The notes under the pieces were generated by a model that searched no databases, was not told the origin of the DNA, and saw only the letters and a program-made list of their open reading frames with translations. From the human T2T-CHM13v2.0 reference genome, Homo sapiens: DNA of 64,000 nucleotides. Below are positions 43,598 through 58,611 of the stretch, one piece after another; position 1 is the stretch's first letter; every line of letters begins with the position of its first letter. A program made the position numbers and the translations under genes. Location of the stretch: the NCBI RefSeq assembly GCF_009914755.1, contig NC_060943.1. One strand, 5' to 3'.

Positions 43598-45907
43598 TAC
43601 GTGTGCAGCGTGGAGGTGCTACTAGTGTGTGCTTGCACATGGTCGCTTGTCCCTATGCCTCTCCGTGCTTCGGACACCCCCCACTCATTTTAAACTTCTC
43701 TCTCCCTTGAGAAACCTCATCTCGCATGGGACAAAGGGATACATGAGCTGACCCTCTTGGGTCCACACTGGATCACACCACAAGGTGCCCTTATCCCTGC
43801 TGAAGGAAGGATGATACCAAGATGGCGTGTAGACTGCATTATGCAATACAGTCCTGATGCTGTGAGGTTTTTTTCCCCCTCCCCCTGATGTAAAGCCCTG
43901 CCCATTTGTTTTGGTTTACGTGACTACAGAGAAATAAGTGGATTAGATGGAAACTTTCACATGCTTCATTGCAGCTGGGTGCGGACATCTGTCATTCCTC
44001 AGCCATATTCTGGATTATGCCAGCAAGAGGATATGCAAAGTCTGACACCTTTGATTTTAGAGAGAGCCTTTTATAGTGGGGGGAGAGAAGAGAAGAAAGG
44101 AGGCTCATTTCCTTTGTGACTTCATAAAAAAAAAAGAAAGACACCTCTCTTCTGTGTTTTATTTTATTTATTTATGTCTGCCACGTGACATTAGTGGCGC
44201 TCCAGGATGAGGGCTGAGCATTGAAAAGTTTATGCTTCCATCTTTCCTTTTTACTTTGTAATTTTCTATTGTTCACAGTACCAATTTGTTGAATTGGGCA
44301 TGATAAAAAGTAGCTATTTTAAATATATCCAGTGTGCCCATCTATATGGATATATACTGTGGGTATGGATTGCGGGTGTCTGATTCCTTTATGGGAAGAG
44401 AGATGTGCGATTCTTTCTCACACATAAACTCACATTAATACAATACAACCTCACTGAATTTTGATGGAATGTGACTGCTCCCGCGACACTGTTTTTGGTG
44501 AGCTGCTCTGCAACCCATATGGCCCCCCCAACCCACTGTAGGAAATGCACTAATGTTTTTATGAAAGATGTGTGCAGGTAGTGAATTATCCACAGATAAC
44601 CTTGGATGCCAGCTTTCAGTGGATTGGATATCGATACACTTAAGGTGCTTCATGCTGGTGGTTTCATAGGTTGGCCCCTCCCCTTGTGGCTTTCCTGGTG
44701 CCATACAGAGCACAGCACACCCTTGGCACAAGCCAAGTTCCAATATTGGCCCCCCTCCCACATTTAAGTTGTACAATAAAACAGAAACTACAATTAAGGG
44801 CTGATGTGTTCATTTTAAGCGACACAATGGAAAACAGGAAGTGATTGAACCAGCAGGGACCACCCACTTGTTTATTTCACTGGGTGTGTACAAGAATGCA
44901 GTTCATCTGCTGGGTGAAAAAACACACAAAGCCTCACCCAGTCTCCCTGCCCCAACCTCAAAGAAAGTGCAATACTGGCTGTTTAGTTGAGAGTGGTACA
45001 AAGTGGAGATTGGAAAGTCCAGGGCCCACAGGCGCCTGGCTGGTGATGCCTGGGAAGTAAATGGGTGCCAGGCAGCGGGAATAAGTGGGACCCAGCTCCC
45101 CAGCGGCTGCCTCCAGGAAGATCTTGCCAGACCTCCTGACTTTGCAAGAGAAACTGGAAATCCATGTTTTAATGTGAAATATTTTTTTAAATGTAACATT
45201 GGCAATGAATTACATTTTTTTTTAAAGAAATAGTGTTGGGGGAAAAAAATATGTGGGCCTGCAGCTTGTAACCACTAGGAGGGTGAATGCATTTATGTCT
45301 ACAGCAGTGATGGAATCTATGGTGCAGCCACTTGGCCCCCATGGGGGAGGCCTGTGGGCTTTTGGAGCTCACAGTCAGGGTGGGCCGTGCCATCCCAGTC
45401 CCCCACAGAAAGTGGTAAGGTGGAGGGCAAGAGTGAGGAGGGCAGGGCGTGGTTCTTGGAGATGTGATTGGGATTCTGAGCTTCAATGCAGGAAAGAGGA
45501 AAATGCAGAGCTACCCAGTATGTCAAGGTGCACCTGAGAAGCCGTTCAACACTCTCCACCAACGTGGAGAATGGGAGGAAGAGCGTAGTATTAATAGCTG
45601 AGATTGGGGTTACTAAAGGGACCCCCTGGAACACAGAGCACTCAGATTTTCCTGCTGAGGAAAACAGCAAGGCATGGTGGGGCATTCCAGGTATGAGGCA
45701 CAGACCAGGTAGGGACAGTGTGCAGGGGAGGGTGCTCCAGGGTCACCTGTTAGGAGGTGTGGCCTGCACGGAGGAAGGAAGCCAAGTGCCAGGCTCTGAG
45801 CAGGGTGTGCATAGCAAGGTGGGGACTCCTGTGGGCTGAACCCCCAGAAAGAGGTCCTTCAGTAAACAACGTCTGGTTCCTTATCCAGTCCCTACTGTGT
45901 GCAGAGC

Positions 45908-45921
45908 CCGCCAGAGGGCAG
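45908..45921 (+). promoter_or_regulatory. CTCF core motif (predicted)
   Basis: CCGCCAGAGGGCAG. Confidence 0.55.
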
Positions 45922-47501
45922 CAGTTTCCAGCCTCCTAGAGCCATTAGCGAACAGTGCCTGACAGAACATAATTAAGTGCCTAATTGTGTGGTGCCACAG
46001 ATAAGTGGAGCTCTGCAGACTGGGTCCTGAGAACCGCTTCTAGGAGGAGTTGGGGCTTTGGCGGGTCTCAATGGAAGAAGATGTGGGGGCTGGAGATGGG
46101 TGAATTTCTGGTAGGAACGACAGTGTATAGTAGGTAAGAAGGGATTGCAATTTGGAAAGCCAGGTTAAGGAGGTGAGATACTGCAGTGAGAAATAGGGAG
46201 CCATGGATGGCTATAGAGGAGGGGTGGGCACATGTATAGCCAGGATTTGGGGACTTGACTTGGTATGGATGGTGTGGCTTTCTTCTGCCTGGAGAGGTCT
46301 CACTGTTGGTCTGAGGTGGACTATTGACCCAGTGGACTTGATGGTACCCAGAAGAGGGTTTACAGGGACAGGGCTGGCTGTCACCATCTCTGCTAAATTC
46401 CGTGCATCCTTACAGCCCATCTTATTGCCAACAGGGATTTCAGATAACTGTGTTTAGCCCAATGTTCCTAAGGAGGGAAGCGAGGGATATTAAATGTGTA
46501 TCATAGGTGCTGCGTCTGCTAATTTTAGACTCCTTATTTTTGCCATCTCTGAGTGTCACCCTAATAATTTCACTTAATATTTAAAAATTAATTGGTTAAA
46601 AACTTAAAAATACACAACTCTAGCTTTGTTTTAGGAATAATATCCAACTCTGATTCACTAGTTTTTGGGATTTTTGCTAAAGCTGTTAACCTGAAAAGTG
46701 GTCAGCTTGGTTCCATTTAAAATTACCTTTGAAGCCGGTTTAATAAGCACCTCTCCCCCAGCCCCCGCAATGTTGGAGAGAGAAGGGAATTTCTGGAGGA
46801 GTGAGGTGGGCCACCAGCCCCTCCGCTCCCGGCTCCCCCACTCCAGCACTTCCAGGCCAGCGCCTTCTCTTTGGTTTCTCCCGGCATTTCTTTAAAGACT
46901 AAATGCACTCACCCAGAGACAAACTCTGGGTATCATTAGAGTATTATTATATTACACATCGAAAAATCTTCAAAAACGGAATGTAAGTTCATTGACCCTT
47001 TGAAGGTTATTTAATGATAAACATAAATGCTTTCATAAAATCCGGGCAATGATTTAAGGTCCCCGATCAATAGTTGCTGTTGAGTGCACACTGGCAGGGC
47101 AGGCCGGCTTGCCTGACCACCCAGGCGGGCTGATGGCTCCACTCATCAGAGGAGCCTGGGTAAGCAAATAAACAGGATATAAGGCAAAATCTGTAGGGCA
47201 TGCGCAATGGCGGGGGATGAAGTTGCTGGGGAAGGGAGCCACCTAGAGGCCAGGCCCCAGGAAGAGTAGCCCTGAAGCCAACACCTGGTGGGGCTGAGCT
47301 GGGAGGCATGGGAGACTCTGCACCACCAGCCAGAGGCTCCTCTCTGCTGATGCCCTGCTGAAATCTGGCGACATCTAAGCTCTTATCCTAACTCAACTTG
47401 GGCCTCAAGCTGCAGGGAGACAGCAAGACACAGTGCAGGTTGAGCTCCAGCTGCAGGACCATGTTCTGCCTCTCTCTGGCTTTGTGGCTCTGGACAGATG
47501 C

Positions 47502-47861
47502 TGTGCTAGTCCATTCTCACACTGCTACAAAGATATGATCAGAGACAGGGTAATTTATAAACAAAAGAGGTCTAATTGACTCATAGTTCTGCATGGCTGA
47601 GGAGGCCTCAGGAAACTTACAGTCATGGCGTAAGGTAAAGGGGAAGCCAGGCATGGGGGCAGGTGAGAGAGAGAGCAAGTGGGAACTGCCAAACACTTTT
47701 AAAACCATCAGCACTCATGAGAACTCCCTCACTATCAAGAGAACAGCATGGGGGAAATGGTCCCCATGATCCAATCACCTCCCACCAGGTCCCTGCCTCA
47801 ACACCTAGGGATCGCAATTCAAGTTGAGATTTGGATGGGGACACAGAGCCAAACCATATCA
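47502..47861 (-). mobile_element. MST-type MaLR solo LTR
   Basis: tgtgctagtccattctcacactgcta...ggggacacagagccaaaccatatca. Confidence 0.92.
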
Positions 47862-48014
47862 TCCAACAAATGGGAGCCCAACCCCTGATTTCAGCATTGG
47901 CAGAGGAATCAAAATGCACATCTCCCATTTGAAGTTCAAGGTTACCATGCAATGGGCACGTAGTAGGTGGAGTATTTTAATACTTACAGCCTTTTCTAGC
48001 AGACATTCATTTAA

Positions 48015-48240
48015 CTCTATGTGCTGCACTTTGTGCTTAAGCATCAGGCCTCATCTCATTGAATCCTCACAGCAATCCTATTAGGGAGCTATTATTATTA
48101 TTGCACCCATTTTACCGATGAGAAAACTGAGACTTAGAAAGGTTAACTAGCTGGTTCAAGAGCACACACAACCGATAAGAGGCAGATACGTTAGAGCCTT
48201 GGTGTCTGGCTTGAAAATCTACAGTCTTCATCACTGTGCT
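48015..48240 (-). mobile_element. MIR
   Basis: aatcctcacagcaatccta...cccattttaccgatgagaaaactgagacttagaaaggttaac. Confidence 0.85.
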
Positions 48241-48494
48241 TGAATAATGAAAAATGCTGCATGCTAGCAGGGCAGTGGCGATTTCTCAAAATCTGCTCTG
48301 CTGCCTTCCCTGATCCTTGGGTTGCAGGCCCAGCAGACTGTGTGTGTGCCATATGCCCTCCAGAAGTTTTCGTGTCAACAGAAGTTAAGTATTACCTGTT
48401 TGGTTCTGTGACTTTGGAAGCATCTCTTGATGTGGGGTGTTGGTTTCTTCCTGTTCACAGAAAATCAATCAAATCCACTTTTAAATAAACTTTC

Positions 48495-49930
<1,436 letters not shown>

Positions 49931-50489
49931 GATCAAAATGCACTTGTAAAATAAGTACATTTTTTTTTGGGTAGCCTTCTAAATTAAAACCCAAATCACA
50001 GGAAATTTGAAACCTAAATTTATTTGTACTAAGGATATTCCAAAGTGTTTTAGCATCTTTGATGAGATGGATGAATATTTTTTTAAAACTGAAAACATAA
50101 ATTACGTACCTGATTGGAATCATTCTCGCCTATTTGGAATTAGGAAATTTTTTTAAACTATATGTGCAACTGAGAAAACGGCTCTCTCTGTGGGCCTAGT
50201 GATTCTTTATGTATATTTTTACCTCTCTCATTGCCCTGCTGAGCCACTGAGCCTCTTGAAGCTGAAGGCAGGATTGCCAGGGTCCTGGGCTGGCATCCTC
50301 CCATTTTGCAGCCTCAGGGTCAAAGTGGTAAATATTCAAAGGAAGCAGCAGGTGATGGTGAGGGGCTTCAAGGTCCCCAAGTGAAGACCAGCCAAGCACC
50401 CTGCAGGCCTGACCCACTCATGAACCTGTTGTACCACCATACCCAGTGGATTCCCCCCAGGCCGGCGGGGCCCACTCTGGGGAGCTGAA

Positions 50490-50948
50490 TTTCTTTTTCC
50501 TCCTTTCCTTTCTCTCTTCTTTCTCTTTCTCTCTTTTTTCTCTTTCTTTCTTTCTTACTTTCTTTCTTTATTCCTTTCTTTCTTTCTCTCCCTCCCTCCG
50601 CCTCCCTCCTTCTCTCTCCCTCTTTCTTTCTCTTTCCTTCCTTTCTTCCTCCCTCCCTCCCTGTCTCTTTCTTTCCCTTCCTTCCCTTCTTTCCTTCTTT
50701 CTTTTCTTTCCTTCTTTCTTTTCTTTCCTTCTTTCTTTCCTTCTTTCTTTCCTTCTTTCTTTCTTTCTTTCTTTCTTTCTCTCTCTCTCTCTCTTTCTTT
50801 CTTTCTCTTTGTGTCTTTCTTTCTCTCCCTCCCTCCTTCCCTCTCCCTCTTTCTTTCTCTATCCCTCCTTCCTCCCTCCCTCCCCCCTCCTTCCTTCCTT
50901 CCTTCCTCCTTTCTTACTTTCCTTCCTTCCTTTCTTCCTTCTCTTTTT
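50490..50948. repeat. ~460-bp polypyrimidine low-complexity tract (TTTC/CT/TTCC)n, probably an expanded Alu tail
   Basis: Directly visible; abuts an antisense Alu. Confidence 0.95.
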
Positions 50949-51222
50949 CAGAGTCTTGCTCTGTTGCCCAGGCTGCAGTGCACTGGCACTCCAACCACTC
51001 ACTGCAATCTCCAACTCTTGGGCTCAAGTGACCCTCCTGCCTCAGGCTCCCAAGTAGCTGGGATCACAGATGTGTGCCACCATACCTGGCTCATTTTAAA
51101 ATTTTTGTAGGGATGAGGGCTTATTATATTGTCCAGGCTGGTCTTGAATTCTTGGCCTCCAGCAATCCTCCTGCCTTGGCCTCCTAAAGCTGTGGAATTT
51201 CAGGCCTGAGCCTCCCGTGGCC
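50944..51222 (-). mobile_element. Alu (AluJ-like, diverged)
   Basis: Reverse Alu dimer. Confidence 0.9.
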
Positions 51223-51728
51223 CTGAATTTTTAATGTATCCTATTGACCTATAAGAGGTCAATGTATCAAATGTATCCAATGGTCAAATGTATCCAATTG
51301 ACCTATAGGGGGATACCTTTTTAATGTATCCAACTGACCTATAGTGATGAAGACCTATAGTTTCTTACCTAGCTGCAGGCATTGCCTAAATGTTCCTAAT
51401 TTCAAGGAGTTCAGGCGGCGCTGGTTGTGCAGCTCTGGGAGAAGTGTGTTATAGGGAGCCCCTCTGGGTGCTAGTGGGCAGTGGCTGTTCTCAAGCCTTA
51501 CAGCCCTGTGTGTGGGAACTGATGCGGAGGCTGCTTCTCTCCACTTGATCACCTGCTCCCTTCTAGGCAATGGCACTGTCAAACGTGGATGCAGGACGCC
51601 CTTCTGCAGTAGAGATATTTTGTGATCCCATGCTCTGAAAATGATGTTCCTCGTGCTCAATGCCCAGCTTTGATGGGCTTCTGTTCCTGTAAGGGGAGTG
51701 ACATCTGGTGCATGTGCTATATCTCACT

Positions 51729-52110
51729 CTCACACACACACACACACACACACGCAAACACACACAGACACACACAAACACAAACACACACACAAACACA
51801 CAGACACAGACGCATACAAACACAAACACACATACACAAACACACACAGACACACACAAACACAAACACACCAACACACACACAGACACACACAAACACA
51901 AATACACAAACACAAACACACAGACACACCCAAACACACACAGACACAAAAACACACAAACACACACACAGACACAAACACACAGAAACACAAACACACA
52001 AACACACACAGACACACACAAACACACACACAGACACAAAAACTCACAAACACACAGACACACAAACACACAGACACACAAACACACACACAAACACACA
52101 CACATACACA
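51729..52110. repeat. ~380-bp interrupted (CA)n-type repeat (CACAAA/CACAGA variants)
   Basis: Directly visible; explains the HT/CV-repeat ORFs. Confidence 0.97.
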
Positions 52111-53329
52111 TGGTACACACCCCTTCAGGGGGTTCATGGACCACCTCTTGGAGCATCTTTGACTCCTAACCAGAGGCCCCTCTTTGTAGAGACTCTTCCA
52201 GCAAGCAGGTTGCAGTCCATGGCAGGAGCAGGTGGAGAGACGAGCATTCTTTTAGAGAAGACATGAAGTTGAATTCCTGATCAGTAAGCAGTAAGTTCCA
52301 TACGTGTGACTTTGGATGATCATTTAATCTCCCTGGATCGGGGATTTCATGTCTGTAAGGTGGGAAGACATCCCTCTGCCATATCTCCCTACTGACAGTC
52401 ATGAGGACCAACTGAGGCCACTCATGCTGATGCACTTTGATGAGTGGGTGCCAGAACATGTTCACCAATGGGCACTGTCACCACTCCAGGACTAAACACC
52501 ACAGGGTGGTCACCTCTTCTCTCCCCACTCTCTTACCCTCTGTCCCACACTTGAGGAGAAGCCATCAGTTTGGAAAGTCTGGAAGCCCCATAGACGCAGC
52601 CCCCTCTCTTCCACAAAGCCAGCTGCCCACAAGTGTGGTGCTGTAATGAATGGATGGCCCTCCCAAGGGCAGGCATTTTCTACTCCCCCTTAGGTGCGGC
52701 GAAAGAGCAGATATTTCCATCCTAGCAAGTAAGAAAAATATCTCGTTTCCCCACTTTCGTTATAAACAATGTACGACTTGCTTTCTCCTTACTCCTCTTG
52801 ACCCTCCGCACTGTATACATATTTATATATTATTCATAGTGGATTAAAAATGAATGTGCTCTTTACCACGGCTCTACGGCGCAGCGACAATACAAATTAA
52901 CGTATGATGTACTTACTTTTCGCATGGCAGTGATGGGAAATGTTGATGGCCTCAAAGTGAGAGGTAGAGAGAGGGGAATGAGGTGGGGCGGGCAGTTGGG
53001 GGGGCCCCCATCTGGCCACACCACCAGGGCTCTGAGCCCTGGATAAAGATAGATGGGGATTGGGAACATTCTGGGAACTGGTGTGGCGGCAGTGCTGGAA
53101 AAGTCTTCCCAATTCTCTTCTCCCACGGAACGAGGGCCAAGTTTCCCGGTGGATCCTGTGTGCCTGGCCCCTGTTCACCCTCCCCACTGAGCTTCCCCTG
53201 TACCTCGCTGACCTGCTCCTAGGATGCTGCACTGACCCAGGCTTCCTGCTTCTGTGCCTGGGCTCAGGTGTGCCCCTCAGACTGCAGTAGCACTGTCTCT
53301 CTTTCCTATCTCCTGGCAACCTGTTTCAT

Positions 53330-53800
53330 TCATCTGTTCCTTTGCTGGAAAAAAATGCTTGGCGGAAATCTGTGATGTGCCAAGCACCGTGCTGGGTGGT
53401 GAGTAACAACAATCATCAAAAAACCCAAACAACCCCAAAATAAAAGCTCAGTCCTTGCCCCCGTGGAGCTGACAGTCTGCCTGGTGGGGAAGACAGCCGT
53501 GATTGTTTTATTTGTTCAGCTTCTGCTAGCAGCCAGACTGAGGAAGAGGCGTGTGCTGGGATGTGTGTCACAGCCATGGTGGCAGGCCTGGGGTCATCCG
53601 GGAGGCCTTCCCCAGGCAGAGGCAGCTGCATGGAGGCCTGGAGGATGAGTTTGCAGGAGTTGGATGAAGTAGGGGCAGGCAGAGTCCAGATCGAGGAGAC
53701 GATCAGGGAGGATCGAGCAAAGGTCCCGGGGCAGAAAAGAGCATGATGCATTTGGAGAACAGAGAGAAGTCTCCTGTGGCCAGAGTGCAGCAAACTATGC
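53330..53800 (-). mobile_element. L2 3' fragment
   Basis: ttcattcatc...tgtgccaagcaccgtgctggg...cagtccttgcccccgtggagctgacagtct. Confidence 0.7.
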
Positions 53801-54832
53801 AGGCTTTAAGGGAGATGAGGAGGGGGGATGCTCAGAGGCTCAGATTCCTCCTGGCAGGTGTTACGGGAGCTCCCCATCACTTGTACAATATCACAGCCCG
53901 CACTGCCTCCCAGTGCTGTTTGGGACCTGGCCCCCAGCCAACTTAGCCCTACCTTCTAAATGGGGAGTTCCTTCTGGCAAGAGGCCTCACCCACATCAAA
54001 TTCTATCTCACATTTGCTGAACTTTCTCCCAGTGAAATGCACCTGTTAACAACTTGTTCCTTTGGGCTTTGAAGGTCCTCCGGTTTCCCAGATCCCCCAT
54101 TCAAATGCCTATGCCCCAAAGAGAGACAGTCCCTTAAGCTTTCATGGTGCTACCTGCGGCAGGAAGCACAGGACAGTGGCACAGGAAGCACTTGCTAAGT
54201 CAGTACTTTCGATGAAGAACCAGGCAGAGCTTCCCCTGAGTCAGCTTAGATCAACAGCAGGATGACAGCAGCAGCCGTGCCAATCACCAGCAGCCGACAT
54301 CTTGGAGTTCTTCGTCATTTACCAATGTGTCACATGCCATCATCTGATGCTCACAGCACTCCTGTGATATAGTGTCAGTATTATTGCATCATTATCAAGG
54401 TGTGGAAATGGAAGCCTTGAGTTCTAGTGGTTGCCCAAGGTCAGAGAGAGAGAAGATTGAAGTTCAGGGTGCTAGTAGCTTAGCAGCCTTACAAAAGAGG
54501 GAAGCAGTGGTAGGAACCCAAGCTCCTCAGTCCACTGGGGAGAAGGAGTGCCCTGAAAGTAAAGCAAAGGTGCCAGAACAAGAGAGCTCTGGGTCTTCCT
54601 ATTTGACCAAAGGCCATCCTGGAGTGTGGTGCTTCTTAGCAAGTTCAACTTGGGAGAGGCTATCGCCTTGATGCTCTCTCCAATGGGGAGCTGGCAGGAG
54701 TGGGTGTTATTCTCTTCAGTTCCGCCACAATGGAAGCCTGCTTGACCCAAGTCTGTCTTAATACTTATTCTGCATCTTCAACATTGATGGACATTAGCAT
54801 CTTCCTTACACCTCTAGGAATCCCCAAATCTA

Positions 54833-55301
<469 letters not shown>

Positions 55302-55844
55302 CTAGAGAGATCTGACTTCTTCCAAACCCACAGCCCCCTCAGCAGGAATGTCTCGCGGTGTTGTTCCATGGGCCCCTCTTGCTGCTGCTGCCTTCAGGAG
55401 GGTCTCTGCTGTCAGAAATATGTGAAATCCACAGGGACGTATTCAGCAGAGCTCAGCACTTTTTTTTTTTTTTTCTGGAGCACTTGCTTATGTTCTCTGA
55501 CCCAAAGCCAACAGATCCCAGTCTTATTATCATCAGGGGCTTTCACAGGGACAAATGGTAGAGAGACATTTGGAACTTTTTATCCAGATTTACTTGGACT
55601 CAGAAATGTGTCATGTCCAACAGTACTGTGCATAGCAACAGCTTTCTGTTTGGGAATAAATGTTCTCATCATCAAAAGATCAGGCTTTCAGTTATATTTG
55701 ATTCTTGGGAAAATATAATGGCTTATTCCGGGCCTATCATAGCTTCTCCCAGTCAACTTCCCCAAGGGTGGGCCTTTCACTTCTTCATAGAACTTTCTTC
55801 CACATCAGTCTCATGGGAGCCTTTCAGCAAACAACTCAGAAAGA

Positions 55845-55870
55845 TGTGTGTGTGTGTGTGTGTGTGTGTG
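55845..55870. repeat. (TG)n microsatellite
   Basis: Directly visible. Confidence 0.95.
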
Positions 55871-56737
55871 TCTATAAACAATATTATGGATATAGAATAA
55901 AACGCATTGTAAATTGTGTATAAACTAACACATTATGTGTGTGTGTATGTGTGTTTGAGCCTATAAAAACACATTTTAATCACAGTCTTTGTAATAAGTT
56001 TAGAGAATGAGGGTGACTAAGTACTTTATATCCATTGGAAATTTGTTTTAAAGCCAAACCTTCTAGATTCACTGTATCTCAGCTCTCTCATCTGTACAAT
56101 GGAGCTGATATCATCCCTTGGCAAAATTGTCCAAAGCTCAAATATGAGGATAAACATGCAAAAATGTATGTGAAAAACTGTGGAATGAAGGTCTTCAGGG
56201 TCTTTAGGTACTATCAGTATTATCTACAAAGCTTCTACTTACTAGATACACTGCAAGATCAGGATTTATTATGATTCTAGCATTGTATAGACTTCTTTCT
56301 ACAAATGGATATGTGCATAGCTTTAGATGGATTTACATATAGATTTCCATCTCACCTAAGTGAAAATGAAACCAATTCAATACTAATGTTTTGACCAGTG
56401 AAGTATCCAAATCTGCCAGAATTATTATTATACATTTGGCTATTACCAAGAAACAGAGATTCAAAATATAACCATAGGATAAAATCATGATTAATATTTT
56501 AAAATCGATTGGTGGAAAAAAGGTACTAAGTGCTTTTATACCAAGTTGGCCAAATCAAAAAGGCTTTCATTGCAAATAAAGGTGATATCTGAGGTCCACA
56601 TTTTAGTTTGCCAAGAGGCACGTTGCATCACTCCTGTGGCAGTATCATTTGTAGGGAGGGTGGCTTCCATGTAGCATAGGATTCATACGTGAAATTATTA
56701 CTCAGTAATGTGACAATCGAAAGTACAATAGACAGTT

Positions 56738-57040
56738 GGCTGGGCGCGGTGGCTCACGCCTGTAATCCCAGCACTTTGGGATGCTGAGGCGGGTGGATCA
56801 CGAGGTCAGGAGATTGAGACCATCCTGGCTAACACGGTGAAACCCCGTCTCTACTAAAAAAAATACAAAAAGTTAGCCGGTCGTGGTGGCGGGTGCGTGT
56901 AGTCCCAGCTACTCAGGAGGCTGAGGCAGGAGAAAGGTGTGAACCCGGGAGGCAGAGCTTGTAGTGAGCCGAGATCACACCACTGCACTGCAGCCTGTGC
57001 AATGAGTGAAACTCTGTCTCAAAAAAAAAAAAAAAGAAAG
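56738..57040 (+). mobile_element. Alu (AluY/AluSc-like)
   Basis: ggatcacgaggtcaggagat...accatcctggctaacacgg diagnostics; TSD gaaa(g/a)tacaatagacagtt. Confidence 0.97.
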
Positions 57041-58262
57041 AAAATACAATAGACAGTTTTGCTGATGAACAAAAACAACTGAAGAATGGAAGAACTAGTG
57101 TCATCCTGGTAAACCGAGGCAGATTTATAAACAATAGTGAGGTTTGGTCGCTTTGTTTCATAGTGCTGCTGGCCTATTTGGATCATGGTACCAAGGGTTT
57201 TGGTTTTATTTTTTATTTTTACTTACTATTTGGAGTTCTTTACTCGAAAGACTTGTCATACGATAGTGACATTCTCCATCAATAAATTATTGCCATATAA
57301 TGAATAAATGAATGACTTAGCCCTAGCTTTATCTGAGCCATGGTAATTAGGACAGTGGCCAGCCTTTGTCCATGAACTGCTACAGAGCTGCCCTTGGTAG
57401 AAACATAGAAAATACAGTCCATTTCAGAGAAGCTTTGGCCAAAGCCTCGAAACATTTCTCAGGTTTCCCGGTGTCTTGCTCCTTCTTTATGTTGTTTGGG
57501 ATGACCTTCAATTGGCTTGTAGGCCTCCAGCTACAAATTGGGCCCGCCTTTTTCTTGCTTAATAGTGTCCATTTCAGAGTAGCTCGAACTCTCTCTCAGT
57601 GAGTCCTGGGCATAGCTTCGGGCCCACAGGGATGATAACTTAAAAAATTGGATGGCTGAATCTTGGGGGCTCTGTGTTGTCTCTAAGATGCTTGGCCAGG
57701 ACGATCTACTTGGAACTCACTCATGCCCAGCTTAGTCCTGACTTAGATTCACCATTAAGGTACGGAGAATGGGTGTGGCTTTGCCCATCCCATTGCCTCT
57801 GATTGGCATCCTAATTCCATCCTTCAGTCTATGCCCTAACTCCCAGGTCATGAAGAACAGGGACCATTTGCATTTTTTTGTATAATCGAAAATTTGCATT
57901 GGAAATATGTCCCAGTTGTCCTTCGCCTCCCAACCCAGGGCCTTCCCTAGGTGACCAAGCCCTTAAGGTGAAAAGGGTGGCAAGACAGCAAATGGGCAGT
58001 CACCCTGGGGACTCCTTCTCTTACCTGGCAATCATGGCACTGGCCCCTCGTGCTAGCTGTGCTCTTCCTCCTGTGGTTGGCTGTCAGGAAGGGCCAACAG
58101 CAAGTGCACTGTTCTTGTACTTTATTTTGTTCTTAACTCCGAAGTCTGTAGATTTGCACATTGTCTTCTTGAAGTGGGAAGGTTGATGAAATTTAGCCTT
58201 GTCTTAGGGACAACAGTAGAAACAGAAGAAGCAGAAGCACTATCCAAAAATGTGTAATTCCT

Positions 58263-58560
58263 GGCAGGGCATGGTGGCTCACGTCTGTAATCCCAGCACT
58301 TTGGGAGGCCAAAGTGGGTGGATCACCTGAGGTCAGGAGTTTGAGACCAGCCTGGCCAACATGGAGAAACCCCATCTCTACTAAAAATACAAAAATTAGC
58401 TGGGCATGGTGGCTTATGCCTGTAATTCCAGCTACTCGGGGAGTCTAAGGCGGGAGAATCACTTGAACCCAGGAGGCAGAGGTTGCAGTAAGCTGAGATC
58501 ATGCCACTGCATTGCAGCCTGGGTAACAGAGTGAGACTCCATCAAAAAAAAAAAAAAAAG
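58263..58560 (+). mobile_element. Alu (AluS-like)
   Basis: Full dimer; TSD tccaaaaatgt(g/a)taattcct. Confidence 0.97.
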
Positions 58561-58611
58561 AAAATCCAAAAATGTATAATTCCTTAGAAAAAGGCAAGGT
58601 GATACAAGAAT

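Noticed and set aside
50446-51110. 203-aa hydrophobic F/L/S ORF resembling a membrane protein
   Set aside because: Translation of the pyrimidine tract and Alu.
51563-52266. Six long HT/TQ/CV-repeat ORFs
   Set aside because: Translation artefacts of the CA-rich repeat.
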